From: an uncultured Acidobacteriota bacterium
Lineage (GTDB): Bacteria > Acidobacteriota > Thermoanaerobaculia > Gp7-AA8
Length of the DNA stretch: 64,000 nucleotides
Direction: 5' to 3'
Assembly (NCBI GenBank): GCA_963741955.1
Contig: CAVUKB010000001.1
Span: 192,001-256,000 of the forward strand
Shown here: in pieces, positions 59,598-64,000 of the stretch
How positions within the stretch are numbered: the first letter of the stretch is position 1
How the letters are laid out: each line of letters begins with the position of its first letter
The notes under the pieces: generated by a model
Told to the model about the DNA's origin: nothing
Database searches by the model: none
Seen by the model: the letters and a program-made list of their open reading frames with translations, nothing else
Translations under genes and position numbers: made by a program

Positions 59598-60668
59598 ATG
59601 CCTCAGGCGTACGGACGTGACCGTGTCGCGGGAGAGAGGGAAGGCGTGGTGCTTCTCGACTCTGCCGCGCCGAAGTCGTGGGTTGCACGGCGCGACCGGA
59701 AAGGCACAAGGTCCGAATTCCCCGGCTCCGCCGTGCTGTGGGATGGGTCGATGTACGAGGTGGCGCAGATCGAACCGCTTCCGTCGGGATCGGTCCGCTA
59801 CGTCCTTGCGCCGTGGGATGAGCGGCACATCGCGCGCTACGTCGAGACATACGACGTGACGACGGAACGGTTCCGGATCGATGATCGCGCCGATGTCACG
59901 CGTCGGGAGCGGTTCCGGCGAGGAGCGTTGTTCGCTGCGCCGCTGGTCGGACTCCTCCCGGGACGGTTCCAGCAGGCGATGTCGAACGAGATCGGGGTGC
60001 CTCCGCTCGCGATGACCGTCTGGTCGGCCATCCCGCTGCTTCTTTTCGGCGGCGTCGCTCTGATCGAAATGCTCACAGCCGGCATGGGAGGCTATCTCTT
60101 CCAGTTTCCGGTGTGGCTCTCGCTCCTCGGCTGCTGGTTTTTCGTCGAGTCGCTGGTGCGGCTGACTGCTGCATGGAGCGGCGGAATTGCGGTCGGATCG
60201 CTGATCGGTTTCGTCGCGACCGACCTCTGGCTTCGTCCGTATCAGTTCCTGCGAAGCCGAGTCCAGCGGAGCCCATCTCCCTCAGTACTCCCGGACGGAA
60301 TCTCGCTCGCGGATGACGCGAAGCTCATGGAGCCGTTCTTCGCCCTCTTCACGCCGGACGAACAGAGACTTCTGGCCTCGCGGTTCGGATGGGATCCGAT
60401 CCCGGCGGGGAAGATGTCGGCTGCGGTGATCGGTGCATTCGCACTGGCCGGCCTCATCTCGGCGGTGGTCACTGCAGTTCGCGGAGAAGCACGATTTTCG
60501 ATCCTTCTCTCGGCTCTGATTGCGGTTGCGGTGCTGGTGGAGCAGTGGAGCCGCTGGGTCAAGCTCGCGCGCAACGAGCCGGCTGGGAGCGTCTTCGGCC
60601 GTCTGTTCCGGCCGCTGGCGAAGGGGCTGCTTGCCGGCAACGACAAGGGCGGGAGCGCGGCGCTATAA
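59598..60668 (+). CDS. Multi-TM hypothetical protein
   Basis: Start MPQAYG; soluble N-terminal domain followed by about four TMs. Confidence 0.7.
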   Translation: MPQAYGRDRVAGEREGVVLLDSAAPKSWVARRDRKGTRSEFPGSAVLWDGSMYEVAQIEPLPSGSVRYVLAPWDERHIARYVETYDVTTERFRIDDRADVTRRERFRRGALFAAPLVGLLPGRFQQAMSNEIGVPPLAMTVWSAIPLLLFGGVALIEMLTAGMGGYLFQFPVWLSLLGCWFFVESLVRLTAAWSGGIAVGSLIGFVATDLWLRPYQFLRSRVQRSPSPSVLPDGISLADDAKLMEPFFALFTPDEQRLLASRFGWDPIPAGKMSAAVIGAFALAGLISAVVTAVRGEARFSILLSALIAVAVLVEQWSRWVKLARNEPAGSVFGRLFRPLAKGLLAGNDKGGSAAL

Positions 60669-60725
60669 TTATTCGTGACGTGCTGGGAGGGTGTGATGGG
60701 AACGTGGAACGTCATTGAATTCGTC

Positions 60726-61076
60726 ATGTCGAAAGAACGCCGCCGCGACCCGCGATTCGGGATGCCATCGATTCCGGTGCAACTCTCGGATGTCGACGGA
60801 GAGCTGGTGGACCTCAGTCTTCGCGGCGCCGCAGTTCTCCACCGCTCGCCGGTCAAGGCCGGAACTGCCTGTACGCTGATCTTTCCTTCCTACGGTGGGA
60901 TCTACGTCCCCTGCCAGGTTCTCCGCTCGATCGTTCAGGTACGGCGCGGCAGCAGCCGTCCCGAGTACATCTTCCGCTCGGCGATCACGTTTCTACCGAT
61001 GTCGGATACCGAGCGGGGCCCGCTGCACGAGTTCCTGAAGGTTCAGATCCAGCGACTCAAGGCGGTCGGCGAGTAA
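60726..61076 (+). CDS. PilZ domain protein
   Basis: RRRDPR and DLSLRG c-di-GMP-binding motifs. Confidence 0.85.
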   Translation: MSKERRRDPRFGMPSIPVQLSDVDGELVDLSLRGAAVLHRSPVKAGTACTLIFPSYGGIYVPCQVLRSIVQVRRGSSRPEYIFRSAITFLPMSDTERGPLHEFLKVQIQRLKAVGE

Positions 61077-61175
61077 CCACGGCCAGCACGAACGTATTTT
61101 TGTGCTTCGAATCGTGAGCGCTCACGTTCACGGGAAACGAGCTGGCCAGGAACTCCTCGTGCAGCTGTCTCCGCC

Positions 61176-61690
61176 GTGAATCCGGATGCCGGCTCCCTCT
61201 ACGACTGCCTGATCATCGGAGGGGGTCTGGGGGGCCTGACCTGCGAGATCTTCCCCGGGCAGTATCACGGCCATTTGATGGTTCTTTTGGTTGCGAGCGC
61301 GCCGTTTGATGCTGGCGTACGGGTACAAGACCTGCCCCTCGTACGCCTCCGGGATTCGATTACTTCAACGGCACCAGCATCTTTCACTGTTCGGACTGCG
61401 ACGGCTGGGAGTCTTCCACCGGAGAGTCGGCGTGATCGAAACCAGGAGAGCGGTCACCGCACTCTCGGAGGGCGGACGCGACCATCTTCGCCAACCCCGA
61501 GGAACGCAACTCGCTCAGGAAGGCTTCAGTCGGCTCGCGGCGAACGACAGTCGACCCGCGGACAAGCGGATCACCCGGCTGATCCCGCGTGCCGAAGGTG
61601 AAGAAGAGAGCATCGATCGTCGTCGCGCAGCGGGGGTCGACGCGGACGTTCGGTCGCTCCGCGTCGACTTCGCGGCTCAGAGCTGGTGAT
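61176..61690 (+). pseudogene. Fragmented thioredoxin-reductase-like FAD oxidoreductase
   Basis: YDCLIIGGGLGGL, LAYG/VQD and DYFNGTSIFHCSDCDGWE lie in different frames. Confidence 0.7.
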
Positions 61691-61938
61691 GAGGTCCGCC
61701 GCCGACGGTGCGGTCACAGCCATTGCGATTCACAACGCGCTTGAGCCGCCACCGCGAGGTGGAGCCTCTGGAGTTCGACGGCGTCATCTCAAGAATCGGG
61801 TGATCTGCCCATGCATAAGAGTCATACCGGCGGCGTGACCTGCGCTTACCACAATTGCCTCCGATCTTGGATGTCGAAGTTCGCAAAGAGAATAGTTCGA
61901 TTGACCAATTGACCCAGAAGTGTAGCGAAGATACTATC

Positions 61939-62718
61939 ATGGCGTTCTCGCCCGAACGTCGGCTCTCAAGCTATTTTGGAAGAAAATTGGAAAAGAATTG
62001 TAAGTTGATCCTCGTGTTCTCGCTAGCCATTCTGTTGTCGGCGGCTGCGTTGCTTGCCGGCCAATCCGATAATCTCAAAAAGGCAGGCTCCGATCCCGCC
62101 AGCAAGGGCGTGGCGTTCTATATTTTTCACGACGTAACCGCTGAGCGTGTCACCGCAGACCTCTTGCGCCCGGACAAATCGGTCGTGGCAACAATTGCCG
62201 TAGTTCCTGAGACTGGGCATGGATGGCTCGTGCATTACAAGAGTAAGCAAGCGAGCTTCGAACTTCGCTGGGCACCTTCAGAGGGCTTGGTGGAAGTCCG
62301 GGACCATGACCGTAAGGCTTCAAAGACCTTCGATACAGAGGGAAAGCGATGGGTCACGAGTGGCGATGAGTCTTTGCTTGTTGAACGTGACGAACTGCTG
62401 AAGCTCTGTTTCGCTGTCGTTGCTGACTTCGAAGAGTCCGGGGTCAAGGGCGTTGCTTTGGTGCGCGACCCGTGGCAACAAGACGACGGTGGTGGCTCGT
62501 CGGATGGCACTTTCTGCAATGGCAGCGAATATCGCGGTTTCGGCGCTGGAACTACCAGATCGCAAGCGTGCTACAACGCAACGGCGGATGCCAATAATCA
62601 GTGCTGGAACTATTGGTGTACGGGCTGTTGTTTCTTTCTCGACTGCGATGGGTATTGTTCTTTGGGTGATTACGGCTGCTTCGCTGGCCGCTCCGGTCGA
62701 GCGTGCTCTGGATCGTAA
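61939..62718 (+). CDS. Secreted protein with 10-Cys C-terminal domain
   Basis: Signal LILVFSLAILLSAAALLA; DDGGGSSD linker; Cys-rich tail; lower-GC DNA. Confidence 0.8.
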   Translation: MAFSPERRLSSYFGRKLEKNCKLILVFSLAILLSAAALLAGQSDNLKKAGSDPASKGVAFYIFHDVTAERVTADLLRPDKSVVATIAVVPETGHGWLVHYKSKQASFELRWAPSEGLVEVRDHDRKASKTFDTEGKRWVTSGDESLLVERDELLKLCFAVVADFEESGVKGVALVRDPWQQDDGGGSSDGTFCNGSEYRGFGAGTTRSQACYNATADANNQCWNYWCTGCCFFLDCDGYCSLGDYGCFAGRSGRACSGS

Positions 62719-62747
62719 CCGTTATTTCTTAGCCGAGAGGATAAAAA

Positions 62748-62882
62748 ATGGGTGGCATCGGACTTCGAGAGACGATCAGCCTCGCTGTGGTCGTCATTGT
62801 GGCACTCGCCGTCGTATTCGCAGTATTGTACGGTCTGGTCCGCGTGCTTCGAGCGCCCAGGAATGACCGCAAATCGAAATGA
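62748..62882 (+). CDS. 44-aa single-TM peptide
   Basis: RBS GAGAGG; MGGIGLRETISLAVVVIVALAVVFAVLYGLVRVLRAPRNDRKSK; below the ORF-track cutoff. Confidence 0.6.
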   Translation: MGGIGLRETISLAVVVIVALAVVFAVLYGLVRVLRAPRNDRKSK

Positions 62883-62992
62883 CGTAGAAGTATCATGACG
62901 GCGTCTGGCGAAACGGACGTCTGCAGCCGCCCCTGCAGAAGTTTTCGCGGAACTGCGTTTTCTGTCAATTCACCGGCGTTCGGCAGACTCGA

Positions 62993-63946
62993 TCATCGAG
63001 TGGCCGCACCGGTGGCCAACCCGCGGAGCGGCTCGACGCGGATGGAGATGTTGCTCGCCGGAAGTTGCCGCCCATCCTTCCGCACCCACGCCACGATGGT
63101 GTAGACGCCGCTCCCCTGATCGAGCGGCAGGGTGCAGGAGAACTCTCCATCCGGACCGACATCGATCGACGGAGATGCGATCGGAGCGTCGCTCCGCGCG
63201 AGCGCGGCGAGTCCGCGGCGGTCATTCTCGCGACGCAGACCGAAGTTGCGACGCGTCTCCGGGAGCGAGTACGTCTCGATCCGGTTGGCTTCGGAGACAC
63301 TCAGTGGCCGCGGAAGGGGCTCGTGATAGAGCGAGATCGCGTCGATCCGGCTTCCGCGGAGGGTCGTGCCGGCCAGGTGCACCCGCTCTCCTTCCGTGGC
63401 GATACGAGGGACGTCGCTCGACCAGCGGACGTAGCGTCGCAGGAACTCCTGGGTCATGCGGAACTCGCCGCCACGCCACGCGAGCCCGATCCCCACATGC
63501 GTCGCGTCGGGATCGAGGATCGCCTTGCGATGGCCGTCGCCGGGAGGTTTTTCGGCGATCATCACCTGCTCCGAGCGCTGAACCAGGTCGAGGACCATCG
63601 CGTCATTGAACGGGTAGTCGGCGGACCACGACGCGGTGTTCTCCGTCAGTCCGTCGTTGCCACCGCCGAGGGAGTAGCGCATGTAGGGGGATTGCCCATC
63701 GACGCTGTAGTGACCGGTCGTTCCGAACTCGATCTGTTCCTCGCAGTACGCATCGGCGATTCGCGAGGCGACCGGATCGAGTACCACCGGGCCGAGCCCA
63801 GCCGCGGCACGGTCGCGGTTGATCCGTACCAGGGCCTCCCGCCGCAACGACTCCCGCAGGACGTTCTGTCCCCCGGACGCCGCGACCGCCGCGGGCCCGA
63901 CCGACACCGCAACCAACACACACCACCCGACCGCGATCCGTTTCAT
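62993..63946 (-). CDS. Secreted CAP/SCP domain protein
   Basis: INRDRAAAGLGPV, GHRKAILDP..THVGIG, QEF. Confidence 0.85.
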   Translation of the reverse strand: MKRIAVGWCVLVAVSVGPAAVAASGGQNVLRESLRREALVRINRDRAAAGLGPVVLDPVASRIADAYCEEQIEFGTTGHYSVDGQSPYMRYSLGGGNDGLTENTASWSADYPFNDAMVLDLVQRSEQVMIAEKPPGDGHRKAILDPDATHVGIGLAWRGGEFRMTQEFLRRYVRWSSDVPRIATEGERVHLAGTTLRGSRIDAISLYHEPLPRPLSVSEANRIETYSLPETRRNFGLRRENDRRGLAALARSDAPIASPSIDVGPDGEFSCTLPLDQGSGVYTIVAWVRKDGRQLPASNISIRVEPLRGLATGAATR

Positions 63947-64000
63947 CGTCGGGCACATTGTAGTGGAGCGGGCCTCGGGAGAGAAACGGGGTCAGGGGCT

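Overview
High-GC bacterial window. Gene content and repeat style suggest Acidobacteriota, probably Thermoanaerobaculia; this is an inference. About 1-14.1 kb is a decaying transposable (Mu/B3-like) prophage. It keeps a translationally coupled late operon on the minus strand (holin, secreted and membrane proteins, overlapping spanin-like pair, DUF3486 small terminase, GpA-type large terminase, DUF935 portal, MuF with a C-terminal extension, Mu protease I) and a divergent plus-strand block ending in GemA. Two apparent deletion junctions (~840 and ~10,520) have removed the capsid/tail core and the transposase/repressor region. The rest is host chromosome: an orphan double-Gly-leader peptide gene, a dcw cluster mraZ-ftsZ without murB/ddl, tandem DUF4398-OmpA paralogs, a NarL/HisKA_3/CheBR/CheB signalling block, guaA, selA, tsaE, nnr, a DUF2064 glycosyltransferase, a DUF62 SAM hydrolase, a PBP, a GT39-like enzyme, PilZ, a TrxB-like pseudogene, a Cys-rich secreted protein with a small membrane partner, and a CAP protein. 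Best leads: (i) a phage acyl-carrier-protein homolog lacking the phosphopantetheine Ser; (ii) GemA fused through a prepilin-like cleavage motif to a membrane/exported domain; (iii) a dispersed ~88/44-bp repeat family forming a divergent array upstream of guaA, whose core also occurs at the prophage's expected gyrase-site position; (iv) a 10-Cys secreted propeptide plus a TM peptide. All family calls come from motif recognition by eye, not database searches.
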